Made by a program: the position numbers and the translations under genes. The notes under the pieces were generated by a model. The model had not been told where the DNA came from. It searched no databases and saw nothing but the letters and a program-made list of their open reading frames with translations. From an uncultured Bdellovibrionales bacterium (GTDB lineage: Bacteria; Patescibacteriota; Minisyncoccia; Moranbacterales; UBA2206): a stretch of 60,819 nt of DNA. Shown piece after piece: positions 9,412 to 19,466 of the stretch; within the stretch, counting starts at the first letter, position 1; each line of letters begins with the position of its first letter. The DNA is taken from NCBI GenBank assembly GCA_964547585.1, contig CAZJOI010000001.1, positions 54,037 to 114,855 on the forward strand, in the 5' to 3' direction.

Positions 9412-10872
9412 ATGACAAAATCGCGTCTTTTTTTATTTTTTTCTTTGAGCTTAATTTCTGGAATATTTGTAAGCTCGTTTTTTTATCCCAAGACTCTGGA
9501 TTTTTTTTATTTGTTCGTTGTTTTGGTTTTCGTTCTGATTTGTCTTTTCGTTTTCTATAAAAATAAACCGGTTATGCTAGCCGGTTTTTGTGTACTGTTT
9601 TTTCTCTTTGGAATTTGGCTGACAGAAAGTCGATTTGAAAGAATGACAAATTTGGATCAAAACGGAAAAAATTTTTCTGGGCTCGTGGTTGTATTCAGAG
9701 AACCACAAATCAAAGACAGGCTGCAAAATGTCATTGTGAAATCACAAAGCGAAAAATTTATGTTAACAGTTCCAGCTTTTCCAGAATATGCCTATCAAGA
9801 TAAATTGAAAGTTGATTGCACTTTGGAAATTCCGGAAAATAAAGAAAGTACTTTCGATTATCGGATGTACTTGGCCAAGGATAATATTTTCTATCTTTGC
9901 AAAAGTCCCAAGATCGAAATTGTGGAAAAAGCCAAAAATAATAATTTTTTTAGTTTAGTTTTGAACGTTAAAAATAAATTTAAGCAAAACATTAATGAGC
10001 TTTTGCCCTCGCCCCAGTCAGGGCTTTTGACGGGTTTACTTTTGGGTGGGACAGGGGATTTGCCGCAATCAGTTAGTGATAATTTTTCCAGAACGGGCAT
10101 GACACACATTGTGGCAGTTTCCGGATATAATGTGACAATTATTGCGGAATATTTGATACTTCTGGGAATTTTTTTGGGTCTTTGGCGGAACCAAGCTTTC
10201 TGGTTCGCGATTTTTGGGATTATTCTGTTTGTTTTTATGGTCGGTTTTCCATCCTCAGCTGTCAGAGCTGGTGTCATGGGAACGGTTTTGCTTTGGGGCA
10301 TGAAAAATGGCCGACTAGGTAATTCGCAAAATGCGATTGTTTTTGCGGCGGCTGTTATGTTGCTCATCAATCCCTTGCTTCTCAGATGGGATATTGGTTT
10401 TCAGCTTTCTTTTTTGGCCACTCTCGGCATCGTCTATTTTTATCCAATCATTGAAAATCATTTGATCAAAGAACATAAGGTTGGAGGGCTAGGTGAAATT
10501 ATTTTTCTGAGTATTTCGGCTCAGGTTTTTGTTATTCCGATAATAATGTTTAATTTTGAAAAACTTTCTTTAATTTCGCCCTTGGCTAATCTTTTGGTTT
10601 TGCCGATTATTCCAATTACGATGCTGATTGGTTTTCTGGCACCTCTCTTTCAATTTTTTCTGCCAATTTTGGCTAAGGTTTTTGCGTGGATTGCCTATCT
10701 TTTGCTTAAATATGAAGTTGAAGTCATTAATTTCTTGGCCAGTCTCAAATTTTCATCCATCGAAATTAAAAATTTTTCATGGATTGGAATGATTATCTGG
10801 TATGCACTTTTGATTTTTATTATTTATAGAACCAAGGCCAAGAAGCAAAAGATTACAAAGAAGACGGTGTAG
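9412..10872 (+). CDS. comEC: ComEC/Rec2 membrane channel portion (no beta-lactamase domain)
   Basis: 486 aa. An N-terminal DUF4131-like region is followed by the multi-pass competence domain (GMTHIVAVSGYNV, SAVRAG). It stops before the MBL domain. Confidence 0.75.
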   Translation: MTKSRLFLFFSLSLISGIFVSSFFYPKTLDFFYLFVVLVFVLICLFVFYKNKPVMLAGFCVLFFLFGIWLTESRFERMTNLDQNGKNFSGLVVVFREPQIKDRLQNVIVKSQSEKFMLTVPAFPEYAYQDKLKVDCTLEIPENKESTFDYRMYLAKDNIFYLCKSPKIEIVEKAKNNNFFSLVLNVKNKFKQNINELLPSPQSGLLTGLLLGGTGDLPQSVSDNFSRTGMTHIVAVSGYNVTIIAEYLILLGIFLGLWRNQAFWFAIFGIILFVFMVGFPSSAVRAGVMGTVLLWGMKNGRLGNSQNAIVFAAAVMLLINPLLLRWDIGFQLSFLATLGIVYFYPIIENHLIKEHKVGGLGEIIFLSISAQVFVIPIIMFNFEKLSLISPLANLLVLPIIPITMLIGFLAPLFQFFLPILAKVFAWIAYLLLKYEVEVINFLASLKFSSIEIKNFSWIGMIIWYALLIFIIYRTKAKKQKITKKTV

Positions 10873-10915
10873 CTTTGTGTTTGATGTTTTTTGAATTAGA
10901 ATATGATCTGTGCAG

Positions 10916-10969
10916 CTGTTTTATATTTTTTAGTCACGCCTTCGAAGCGAATTAAAAAATATAAAACAG
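10916..10969. repeat. perfect 17-bp hairpin with a GAAGCGAAT-containing loop (mini element G)
   Basis: CTGTTTTATATTTTTTA(10916-10932) pairs with TAAAAAATATAAAACAG(10953-10969). The loop is GTCACGCCTTCGAAGCGAAT. Confidence 0.7.
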
Positions 10970-10996
10970 GTACATAGATTTTAATAGAAGATGTAA

Positions 10997-11860
10997 ATGA
11001 AAAAGAAAAAAATAATTTATGGTGTAATATTGTTGCTTTTTGTTTTGGCGATTATTTTGGGCCTGATTATTTTTGGATCGAACAAAGATTTTTTGACTGT
11101 AAATTTTTTGGATGTTGGGCAGGGAGATGCAATCTTGATTAGCCAAGGCAAAAAACAAGTCTTGATTGACGGGGGACCTAGTGGACAAAAAATGATGGAA
11201 AAGTTGGGGACCTACGTGCCTTTTTGGGACAGAGAAATAGAAGTTATTCTGATTACTCATCCAGATAGCGATCATATTGAAGGCTTGGTAAGTGTTCTGC
11301 AAAACTACAAAGTGGATGTAATCATTGAGACTGATGTGGCTTCTGAATCAGCTGTCTATGCTAAACTTCAAGATTTGATCAAGGAAAAAAATATTCAAAA
11401 AATAAAAGGAACGCGCGGAACAAAAATAAAAATTAGCGAAAAAAATGAATTGGAGATTTTGAATTCGCAAGATGAAAATGCAGCTGCACAAAAAGAAACC
11501 AACTCCAGCAGTATCGTTTCCAAATTAACTGTGGGCAATGAAAAGTTTTTGTTTATGGGCGATCTGCCAAGCGAAAATGAGATCAAACTTATTTCTCAGA
11601 ATGTTGATTTGTCAGCTGAAATTTTGAAAGTGGGACATCATGGTTCAAAATATTCAACCAGTACTGATTTTTTGAATAAAGTTGGCCCAGAAGAAGCGGT
11701 AATTTCAGCTGGAAAAAATAATCGTTATGGTCATCCAGCCATGGAAACACTCGATCGTCTCAAAAACAAAAAAATCAATATCTTAAGAACCGATGTGGTG
11801 GGGGACATCATGTACGAATGCCACAGTTTATCCGAAAAATGCCATCTGATTGCTAACTAA
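10997..11860 (+). CDS. stand-alone ComEC-type metallo-beta-lactamase domain protein with N-terminal TM helix
   Basis: DVGQGDAILI, ITHPDSDHIEG and VGHHGS motifs, as in the C-terminal domain of full-length ComEC. Confidence 0.75.
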   Translation: MKKKKIIYGVILLLFVLAIILGLIIFGSNKDFLTVNFLDVGQGDAILISQGKKQVLIDGGPSGQKMMEKLGTYVPFWDREIEVILITHPDSDHIEGLVSVLQNYKVDVIIETDVASESAVYAKLQDLIKEKNIQKIKGTRGTKIKISEKNELEILNSQDENAAAQKETNSSSIVSKLTVGNEKFLFMGDLPSENEIKLISQNVDLSAEILKVGHHGSKYSTSTDFLNKVGPEEAVISAGKNNRYGHPAMETLDRLKNKKINILRTDVVGDIMYECHSLSEKCHLIAN

Positions 11861-11931
11861 AAAACTTTGTGCTAAATTAAACTTAATCGCAAAATGCTTA
11901 GGCATTTGCTAATAAATATTAATAAAATTTT

Positions 11932-12546
11932 ATGGAAAATCATCCAAGCAAAGAAAGAACATTGGTAATCATCAAGCCGGACGGAGTACAAAGAACTTTG
12001 ATCGGAGAAATTATCAAGCGCTATGAAAGAGTGGGTTTAAAAATGACTGCTCTGAAAATGCTCATTCCGACAGAAGATATGGCTATCAAACATTACTACG
12101 AAGTTGGCGGAGATGCATGGCTCGAAGAAGTTGGCCGAAAAGCCAGATTAGCCTATGAAAAAAAAGGTTTAACGTCTCCCTTTGCTACTAATATGGACAA
12201 CGGAAACGCAATTATGAAAAGTAATGCTAAATATTTGAGTTCGGGTCCGGTTATTGCGATGATTTGGCAGGGTAATCAAGCGGCAGCATTAGTCAGAAAA
12301 ATTACCGGAGGTACCGAACCATTGTCTTCTGATATGGGAACCATTCGAGGCGACTATACTTTGGATACCTATATGATGGCCGATCTGGACACCAGAAGCA
12401 TCCGTAATTTGATTCATGCTTCTGGAAATACCGAAGAAGCGGAAAAAGAAATTCCGATTTGGTTTAGGCCAGAAGAAATCTTGGAATACAGATTGATTCA
12501 AGAAAGCGTTTTGTATGATGTAAATTTGGATGGAATTCTGGAATAG
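11932..12546 (+). CDS. ndk: nucleoside-diphosphate kinase (long form)
   Basis: TLVIIKPDGVQR and NLIHASG (catalytic His). An internal insertion and a C-terminal extension distinguish it from typical Ndk proteins of about 140-150 aa. Confidence 0.85.
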   Translation: MENHPSKERTLVIIKPDGVQRTLIGEIIKRYERVGLKMTALKMLIPTEDMAIKHYYEVGGDAWLEEVGRKARLAYEKKGLTSPFATNMDNGNAIMKSNAKYLSSGPVIAMIWQGNQAAALVRKITGGTEPLSSDMGTIRGDYTLDTYMMADLDTRSIRNLIHASGNTEEAEKEIPIWFRPEEILEYRLIQESVLYDVNLDGILE

Positions 12547-12637
12547 AATGTTTGGGACAATGCCTCGACAAAAAAACAATTCATTTCGACCGCACTAGAT
12601 AAAAAAATAGGGCGGTCTTATTGAATAAAGCTGAGCT

Positions 12638-13219
12638 ATGAAAAACCATAAAATTATCGACAGAAAAATTGCGGAAATAATAAAAAACAACGGTGTGGGC
12701 GTTTTACCAACGGACACTTTGTTTGGCTTGGTTGGAAGTGCTTTTTCCAAGAAGGCGGTAGCGAAAATATATAAAATAAAAAAAAGAAATCCCAAAAGTC
12801 CTTGCATTATTCTGATTAGTGCAATCGATGATTTGGAAAAATTTAATATTCAACTGAATGAAAATTCCAAAGAATTTTTACAAAAAAATTGGCCAGGCAG
12901 AATCAGTGTAATTTTTGATTGTCCGGATAAAAAATTTGAATATCTTCATCGGGGTACAAAATCCTTGGCTTTTCGTTTTCCAAAAAAGACCAGCCTCATA
13001 AATTTAATCAAAAAAACGGGACCGCTGGTAGTGCCCAGTGCTAATCCGGAAAAAGAAAAGCCAGCCCAAAATATTACTGAAGCTCAAAAATATTTTGGAG
13101 ATCAAGTTGATTTTTATGTTTCGGGCAAAATAGCCAGTAAATTGCCATCAACTCTGGTTGAAATCAAAAATGGAAAAATTAAAGTTTTGCGAAAAGGCGC
13201 CGGAAAGATAAAAAGTTAG
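12638..13219 (+). CDS. tsaC: L-threonylcarbamoyladenylate synthase (YrdC/TsaC family)
   Basis: YrdC-domain pattern (LPTDTLFGLVG, K.R....P..IL, SANPEK). Confidence 0.7.
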   Translation: MKNHKIIDRKIAEIIKNNGVGVLPTDTLFGLVGSAFSKKAVAKIYKIKKRNPKSPCIILISAIDDLEKFNIQLNENSKEFLQKNWPGRISVIFDCPDKKFEYLHRGTKSLAFRFPKKTSLINLIKKTGPLVVPSANPEKEKPAQNITEAQKYFGDQVDFYVSGKIASKLPSTLVEIKNGKIKVLRKGAGKIKS

Positions 13220-13222
13220 AAA

Positions 13223-13256
13223 TAAAAAAATCCCCCCTTAGGGGGATGTTTTTTTA
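13223..13256. terminator. bidirectional terminator between convergent tsaC and rpmB
   Basis: A-run, then the ATCCCCCC-TTA-GGGGGAT hairpin, then a T-run. Confidence 0.65.
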
Positions 13257-13263
13257 AAGAATC

Positions 13264-13440
13264 TTATTTCTCGGTCTTGTTGGCAGTTTTAATGCATTTG
13301 GTACAAGCCTTTACTCTTTTGCCGTCCATCTTCTTTTTTTGAAGATTTATTCCAAAAGTTCGGAGAGTAGCAATGTTAGAATGGCTTCTTGAATTTCCAC
13401 TACCAGGTTTTCTTCCGCAGATTTCGCAAACTTTACTCAT
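13264..13440 (-). CDS. rpmB: 50S ribosomal protein L28
   Basis: [22 protein letters not shown].. is a typical L28 N-terminus. The longer ORF (to 13533) would add a hydrophobic, non-L28 extension. Confidence 0.8.
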   Translation of the reverse strand: MSKVCEICGRKPGSGNSRSHSNIATLRTFGINLQKKKMDGKRVKACTKCIKTANKTEK

Positions 13441-13510
13441 ATATTTAATAGATTGATTTATTACAAAATTTAGGTTAACATAGAAAATAATAATTGGCAA
13501 GGAAAAGCAT

Positions 13511-14215
13511 ATGCTAAATGAAATTGTTCTCATTGTTATCTATTTTTTTATTCTGATATATTCCATTATTTTACATGAAGTGGCCCATGGTGTTATGGCG
13601 TCATGGCTCGGCGATAAAACGGCTGAATATGCTGGTCGAATCACGGCTAATCCGCTAAAGCATATTGATCCATGGATGACAATAGTCGTGCCTTTTTTGA
13701 TGCTGGTTTTGAGTGGTGGCAGATTTGCTTTTGGTGGAGCTAAGCCCGTTCCGTATAATCCTTATAACTTGAAAAATCAGAAATGGGGACCGGCACTGGT
13801 GGCTTTGGCTGGACCAGCTTCCAATATTGGCATAGCTGTGTTGGCTGTTATTTTGGCTAAAATCATTTCTCTGCCGATGAATGCAAAACTAGATATCATC
13901 AACAATATTCGTTTTGAAAGCGATTGGGGATCCTTGGCGACAGTTATTTCGGGTTCTTGGGGCACAATTTGTTTTACTTTTCTGACCATAATAATTTTTT
14001 GGAACATTTTACTAGCTGTTTTCAATCTGATCCCCATTCCACCACTCGATGGTTCCAAACTTCTATTTTCCATAATTCCCATTAAGATGGAAACAGTGGC
14101 CATTTTAGAGCAATTTGGTTTTATTTTTTTGATTATGCTAATTATCCTGTTTCCAGGTCCTTTTAGCTTTTTGCTAAACCTTTTTTGGTCAATATTTTTC
14201 AGTCTGACTGTCTAG
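13511..14215 (+). CDS. site-2 protease family (M50) membrane metalloprotease
   Basis: HEVAHG (HExxH) inside a TM helix and [10 protein letters not shown] later in the protein. Confidence 0.7.
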   Translation: MLNEIVLIVIYFFILIYSIILHEVAHGVMASWLGDKTAEYAGRITANPLKHIDPWMTIVVPFLMLVLSGGRFAFGGAKPVPYNPYNLKNQKWGPALVALAGPASNIGIAVLAVILAKIISLPMNAKLDIINNIRFESDWGSLATVISGSWGTICFTFLTIIIFWNILLAVFNLIPIPPLDGSKLLFSIIPIKMETVAILEQFGFIFLIMLIILFPGPFSFLLNLFWSIFFSLTV

Positions 14216-14238
14216 GGCGGTACCATTTTAGTGCGGAT

Positions 14239-14267
14239 TTGACACCCCTTAGAATATCGTTTATTAT
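14239..14267 (+). promoter_or_regulatory. sigma70-type promoter of the rpsL-rpsG-fusA operon
   Basis: TTGACA(14239-14244), a 17-nt spacer, then TATTAT(14262-14267). Confidence 0.55.
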
Positions 14268-14321
14268 TGTTTTGCTAGGTTGACTGGCGGTTTTTTAATT
14301 TATAAATATAATTTTTACAAA

Positions 14322-14741
14322 ATGCCAACGATAAATCAACTCAAGAAAAGACCAAGAAAAAAGACGGGTAAAAAAACCAAAACCTCGGCTTTTAAGAATG
14401 TTTTTAATACACTGAAAAATAGACCAGTAGCGACTCCTAGCCCCTACAAACGAGGTGTTTGTCTGAAAGTGGGTACAACTACGCCAAAAAAACCTAACTC
14501 AGCTTTACGAAAAATTGCCAGAGTTAAACTTACGAATGGAATGGAAGTTACCGCTTACATCCCAGGCATCGGACACAATCTGCAAGAGCACTCAATCGTA
14601 GTATTGCGTGGAGGTAGAGTGAAAGATCTGCCGGGTGTGAGATATCATGTTGTCAGAGGCGTTATGGACTGTGCCGGAGTTGCTAAGAGAAAAAGAGGTC
14701 GCAGTTTGTACGGAGCCAAGAGAGAAAAGAAAGCAGAATAA
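14322..14741 (+). CDS. rpsL: 30S ribosomal protein S12
   Basis: MPTINQL.. start and the [10 protein letters not shown] motif. The upstream TTG at 14280 is rejected. Confidence 0.95.
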   Translation: MPTINQLKKRPRKKTGKKTKTSAFKNVFNTLKNRPVATPSPYKRGVCLKVGTTTPKKPNSALRKIARVKLTNGMEVTAYIPGIGHNLQEHSIVVLRGGRVKDLPGVRYHVVRGVMDCAGVAKRKRGRSLYGAKREKKAE

Positions 14742-14766
14742 ATTTTTATAACTTAAATAAAATTGC

Positions 14767-15234
14767 ATGCCAAGACGAAAAAGAATATTTAAAAAAGATT
14801 TAAAGCCTGATCAAAGATACAATAATTTATTGGTCAGTAAATTTACCAACAGCATTATGCTCAAAGGTAAGCGATCTGCTGCTGAAGGCATTATTTATGA
14901 TGCTTTTGATATTATTCACGAAAGAACTAAAAAGGGCGGATTGAATATTTTTGAACAAGCATTGAAAAATGTTTCTCCTCTAGTCGAACTGAAATCCCGA
15001 AGAGTCGGTGGAGCTAATTATCAAGTTCCAATTCCTGTTTCCGGTGAAAGAAGAACTACTTTGGCTATTCGTTGGTTGAAAGATGCTACTCGCAAGAAGA
15101 AAGGCAAGAAAACTGCTGAAAAATTAGCCGATGAACTTATTGATGCTTCAAATAAAATTGGCGCAGCTATGAAAAAAAGAGAAGACGTTCATAGAATGGC
15201 TGAAGCCAATAAAGCTTTTGCGCACTTCGCGTAA
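14767..15234 (+). CDS. rpsG: 30S ribosomal protein S7
   Basis: MPRR...DP.Y......KF.N..M..GKK..AE and a full-length S7 pattern. Confidence 0.95.
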   Translation: MPRRKRIFKKDLKPDQRYNNLLVSKFTNSIMLKGKRSAAEGIIYDAFDIIHERTKKGGLNIFEQALKNVSPLVELKSRRVGGANYQVPIPVSGERRTTLAIRWLKDATRKKKGKKTAEKLADELIDASNKIGAAMKKREDVHRMAEANKAFAHFA

Positions 15235-15357
15235 TTCTCTACGAATTATTAATTAGTATGAATATACTAATGGTATTCAAATTGACCTGTAAATAAATCA
15301 AATAAAATTTTAAAACGAATTCGTATATTAGTACTTGAATTCGCAATTAGTAACAAA

Positions 15358-17445
15358 ATGGCCAGGCAATACCCAATCGAAAAATATAGAAATATTGGAA
15401 TTATCGCTCACATTGATGCTGGAAAAACCACTACCACTGAGCGTATTTTGTTTTACACCGGAATTACTCATAAGATTGGGGAGGTGCATGAAGGTGAAGC
15501 TGTGATGGACTGGATGGAACAAGAAAGAGAAAGAGGCATTACCATTACCAGTGCCGCGACAACTTGTTTTTGGAAAGATCATCAAATCAATATTATCGAT
15601 ACTCCAGGGCATGTGGATTTTACTGTTGAGGTGGAAAGATCCATGCGTGTTTTGGACGGAGGCGTAGTTGTTTTTGATGGTAAAGAAGGTGTCGAGCCTC
15701 AATCAGAAACAGTTTGGAGACAAGCTGATAAGTATAATGTGCCCAGAATGTGTTTCATTAATAAGATTGATAAGGAAGGTGCTGATTTTTTCAGAGCTTT
15801 GGAAACAATCTGGAACAGACTTACTCCCAACGCTGTGGCTGTTCAAATCCCAATTGGAGAAAGAGGTGATTTTGCTGGCGTGGTTGATTTGATTAAAATG
15901 AAAGGCTTCACTTTTGAAGGTGAAATGGGAGAAAAAGTCATTGAAGGTGAAATTCCAGCTGAACTTTTGGATAAAGCTAAAGAATGGAGAGAAAAGATGG
16001 TGGAAAAAATAGCTGAAACTGATGAAAAATTGACTGAAAAATATTTAAGTGGCGAAGAAATATCTATTGAAGAGCTGAAAAAAGCTTTGCGTGCTGGAAC
16101 AATCAAGACAGCACTCGTGCCAGTATTCACTGGAACATCTCTGCGTAATAAAGGTGTGCAACTTGTTTTGGACGGCGTAGTTGATTATTTACCATCTCCA
16201 CTGGATGTGCCAGCGCTTGAGGGTATGGATCCAGAAAATAAAGACAAGAAAATTGAAGTAAAATCAGAAGACGGTGCGCCATTTTCCGCTTTGGCTTTCA
16301 AAGTGGCTACCGATCCGTTTGTTGGGCAATTAACATTTTTCCGAGTTTATTCAGGAACACTGAAGGCCGGATCATATGTCTTAAATTCATCTAAAAATGA
16401 AAAAGAAAGAATTGGTAGAATTTTGCAAATGCATTCTAATCATCGTGAAGAAATTCAAGAAATATATGCCGGAGGCATCGGTGCCTTGGTTGGGCTAAAA
16501 AATACAACGACCGGGGATACTCTTTGCGATGTTGATCATCCGGTTATTTTGGAATCCATTACTTTTCCAGAGCCAGTTATTTCCATTGCAGTTGAACCAA
16601 AAACAAAAGCCGATCAAGAAAAGATGGGCATGGCTCTCAAAAAATTGGCTGAAGAAGATCCAACTTTGCGTATCAGAACTGACGAAGAAAGCGGACAAGT
16701 TATTATTTCCGGAATGGGAGAACTGCATTTGGATATCATTGTTGATCGAATGAAAAGAGAATTCAAAGTGGAAGCCAATATCGGTCAACCACAAGTCGCT
16801 TATCGTGAAACAATTAAATCCGAATCCCAAGCCGAAGGAAAATATATCAGACAATCTGGAGGACGCGGACAATACGGACATGTTTGGATTAAGGTTGAAC
16901 CAGGAGAAGAAGGCAAGGATTTTGAATTTGTTAATCAGATTAAAGGTGGTGTTATTCCTCAGGAATATATCACACCAATTGGCAAAGGAATCAAAGAGGC
17001 GATGGATAATGGTGTTTTGGCTGGGTACCCATTGGTTGGAATTAAAGCGACTCTCTATGATGGATCTTACCATGATGTGGATTCCTCAGAAGCAGCTTTC
17101 AAAATTGCTGGCTCAATGGCTTTAAAGGAAGCTGCGAGACGAGCCAATCCGATTATTATGGAACCAATTATGAAGGTGAATGTTATTACTCCAGAACAAT
17201 TTATGGGAGATGTAGTGGGTGATATCAATTCCAAGCGAGGTATGATTAAGGAAATGGGTGATCGCGGCGAAGGTAATGCCAGAGTGAAAGTTATTGATGC
17301 CGAAGCACCACTAGCCTCTATGTTTGGGTACGCGACACAACTCCGTTCGATGACTCAAGGCCGAGCGAGCTATGTAATGGAATTTGATCATTACAGTGAA
17401 GTTCCCAAGTCTATGGCGGAAGAAATTATGGGAAACAAAAAGTAA
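15358..17445 (+). CDS. fusA: elongation factor G
   Basis: [20 protein letters not shown] and NKID GTPase motifs. 695 aa. Confidence 0.95.
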   Translation: MARQYPIEKYRNIGIIAHIDAGKTTTTERILFYTGITHKIGEVHEGEAVMDWMEQERERGITITSAATTCFWKDHQINIIDTPGHVDFTVEVERSMRVLDGGVVVFDGKEGVEPQSETVWRQADKYNVPRMCFINKIDKEGADFFRALETIWNRLTPNAVAVQIPIGERGDFAGVVDLIKMKGFTFEGEMGEKVIEGEIPAELLDKAKEWREKMVEKIAETDEKLTEKYLSGEEISIEELKKALRAGTIKTALVPVFTGTSLRNKGVQLVLDGVVDYLPSPLDVPALEGMDPENKDKKIEVKSEDGAPFSALAFKVATDPFVGQLTFFRVYSGTLKAGSYVLNSSKNEKERIGRILQMHSNHREEIQEIYAGGIGALVGLKNTTTGDTLCDVDHPVILESITFPEPVISIAVEPKTKADQEKMGMALKKLAEEDPTLRIRTDEESGQVIISGMGELHLDIIVDRMKREFKVEANIGQPQVAYRETIKSESQAEGKYIRQSGGRGQYGHVWIKVEPGEEGKDFEFVNQIKGGVIPQEYITPIGKGIKEAMDNGVLAGYPLVGIKATLYDGSYHDVDSSEAAFKIAGSMALKEAARRANPIIMEPIMKVNVITPEQFMGDVVGDINSKRGMIKEMGDRGEGNARVKVIDAEAPLASMFGYATQLRSMTQGRASYVMEFDHYSEVPKSMAEEIMGNKK

Positions 17446-17460
17446 AGTCTTTCTAGCTGA

Positions 17461-17493
17461 AACAGTCTCGATTAAGTCGGGGCTGTTTTTTTA
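17461..17493 (+). terminator. rho-independent terminator after fusA
   Basis: AACAGTC..GGCTGTT stem followed by a T-run. Confidence 0.6.
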
Positions 17494-17537
17494 TTTTTTG
17501 AAATATGATAGAATAATGCTATAAATTCAAAAAATAT

Positions 17538-18176
17538 ATGGACAAAAAAAATAAAATATTTTTTATTGTATTCCTCCTATTAATTATTGGTTCTGTTGGA
17601 GCTACCTATTATCGCACGATGATTAAAAAGGATTATATGATTTCAGCTCAAATCGATTGTGATCCTTACACAGAAAAATGTTTTATTTGGGAATGTGATC
17701 CGACTTCAACGGTGGAAGGGGAGGCTTGTACTGGTGAACTAGAGAATGATATTTGGTATTACCAAATTGTTGAAAGAAGAGCCTATAATATTCCATCTTG
17801 TGATCCAAATGATGAAAATTGTGAAGCTTTGGTTTGTCCTGAGGGTGAAGAAGATTGCGATGTGATTTTTTGCAATGAGGAAAATAAAGTTGAGCAAGGC
17901 GTTGAATGTAGTGACCCTGTCCAATATGCCATTGATAATCCAGAAGAAGAAGAGGAGGCAGAAGAATGTGAAGAAGGAGATGAGGAGTGCCTAGCTTCCG
18001 AAGAAGAGGCTTCTGAGTGCGAAGAGGGAGATGAAGAATGTTTGGCCGCTGAAGAAGAGGACGGAGAAGAAGATGCAGCAGCCGAGGAAACAGAAGCTGC
18101 TGACGAGGAAGGCGAAACTGAAACCGAAGGTGAAGCACCTACTGTAAACTCAGTTTTCCCAGTGGATAAAAATTAA
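17538..18176 (+). CDS. membrane-anchored Cys-rich protein with an acidic repeat tail
   Basis: N-terminal TM helix, many Cys residues (CDPYTEKCFIWECDP..) and the tandem repeat ECEEGDEECLA(S/A)EEE. Confidence 0.5.
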   Translation: MDKKNKIFFIVFLLLIIGSVGATYYRTMIKKDYMISAQIDCDPYTEKCFIWECDPTSTVEGEACTGELENDIWYYQIVERRAYNIPSCDPNDENCEALVCPEGEEDCDVIFCNEENKVEQGVECSDPVQYAIDNPEEEEEAEECEEGDEECLASEEEASECEEGDEECLAAEEEDGEEDAAAEETEAADEEGETETEGEAPTVNSVFPVDKN

Positions 18177-18299
18177 AAAAGATCTTTTGTATAAAACCTA
18201 AAAGCCCCACCTTAGGTGAGGCTTTTAAATACTTCCATTTTCCTGTAATTGGGGATAGAATCTAGGTAAGAATAATAATATTTTAAAGAAGGTGATTTT

Positions 18300-19349
18300 A
18301 TGAAAAAATACAAATCCAGAGTAGTAAAAGTTGGCCCATATCTTTTGGGTGGCAATAATCCAGTGCGGGTGCAATCGATGTGCACGACTGATACGCGTGA
18401 TGTGGTGGCAACTGTCAAACAAATTTTGGCTTTGGAAAAAGCTGGTTGTGAAATTATTCGTGTGGCGGTGCCGGATATGGCAGCAGCCAAAGCCATTGGT
18501 CAGATAAAAAAGAAAATTCATATTCCCTTAGTGGCAGACATTCATTTTGATTATTTGCTGGCGCTGGAGTGCGTGAAACAAGGCATAGACAAAATCAGAA
18601 TTAATCCGGGTAATATTGGTTCCAAAGAAAAAGTTGAAGCGGTGGTCAAAGCTTGCAAAGCCAAAAAAATTCCCATTCGCATTGGTGTGAATGTTGGATC
18701 AATTGAAAAAGATTTGCTCAAAAAATATGGACCAACTCCGAAAGCGGCGGTGGAATCTGCTCTGCGTCATGTGAAAATTCTGGAAGATTCGAAATTTTAT
18801 GATATTCTAGTTTCCATTAAATTCAGCGATGTGCCACAACTTGTGGAGGGTTATCAGTTGCTTTCTCAAAAAATTAATTATCCCTTGCATCTCGGAGTAA
18901 CTCATGCCGGAACTGTCTACGTGGGTACTCTTAAAAATGCCATTGGTATCGGCATCCTTCTGCATGAGAGAATTGGAGCCACAATTCGCGTTTCTTTGAC
19001 GGCTGATCCGTGTGAAGAGGTCAAGGCTGGTTTTGCCATCCTGAACGCCGTAGGGGTCAGAAAACATGGTCCAGAACTCATTGCTTGTCCAACTTGCGGA
19101 AGAACAGAAATTGATCTTATTGGTCTGGCCGAAAAAGTGGAAAAATTTTTGGTTGGCATTAAAAAACCTCTGAAAGTAGCCGTAATGGGTTGCGTGGTTA
19201 ATGGCCCTGGGGAAGCGCGCGAAGCGGATATTGGTATTGCCGCTGGAAAAAAATGCGGCGCCATTTTCGTTAAAGGCAAGGTTTTACGAACCGTGAATGA
19301 AGACAAACTTCTCTCAGAATTTCTCAAAGAAATTAAAAAAATTTCCTAA
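18300..19349 (+). CDS. ispG: 4-hydroxy-3-methylbut-2-en-1-yl diphosphate synthase
   Basis: GcpE pattern (VQSMC.TDT, RV.V.D, INPGN) and C-terminal CPTCGR..GCVVNGPGE. Confidence 0.9.
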   Translation: MKKYKSRVVKVGPYLLGGNNPVRVQSMCTTDTRDVVATVKQILALEKAGCEIIRVAVPDMAAAKAIGQIKKKIHIPLVADIHFDYLLALECVKQGIDKIRINPGNIGSKEKVEAVVKACKAKKIPIRIGVNVGSIEKDLLKKYGPTPKAAVESALRHVKILEDSKFYDILVSIKFSDVPQLVEGYQLLSQKINYPLHLGVTHAGTVYVGTLKNAIGIGILLHERIGATIRVSLTADPCEEVKAGFAILNAVGVRKHGPELIACPTCGRTEIDLIGLAEKVEKFLVGIKKPLKVAVMGCVVNGPGEAREADIGIAAGKKCGAIFVKGKVLRTVNEDKLLSEFLKEIKKIS

Positions 19350-19466
19350 CATTGAACGTTGGGAAATTTTGAATCCTAGAGAAATATCTCTTGGAAAATA
19401 GATGATTCTATGGTAATGTGCAGGAAAGGGAACCGCTTTTTTTGAGATAATTTTAAATTATTTCTT

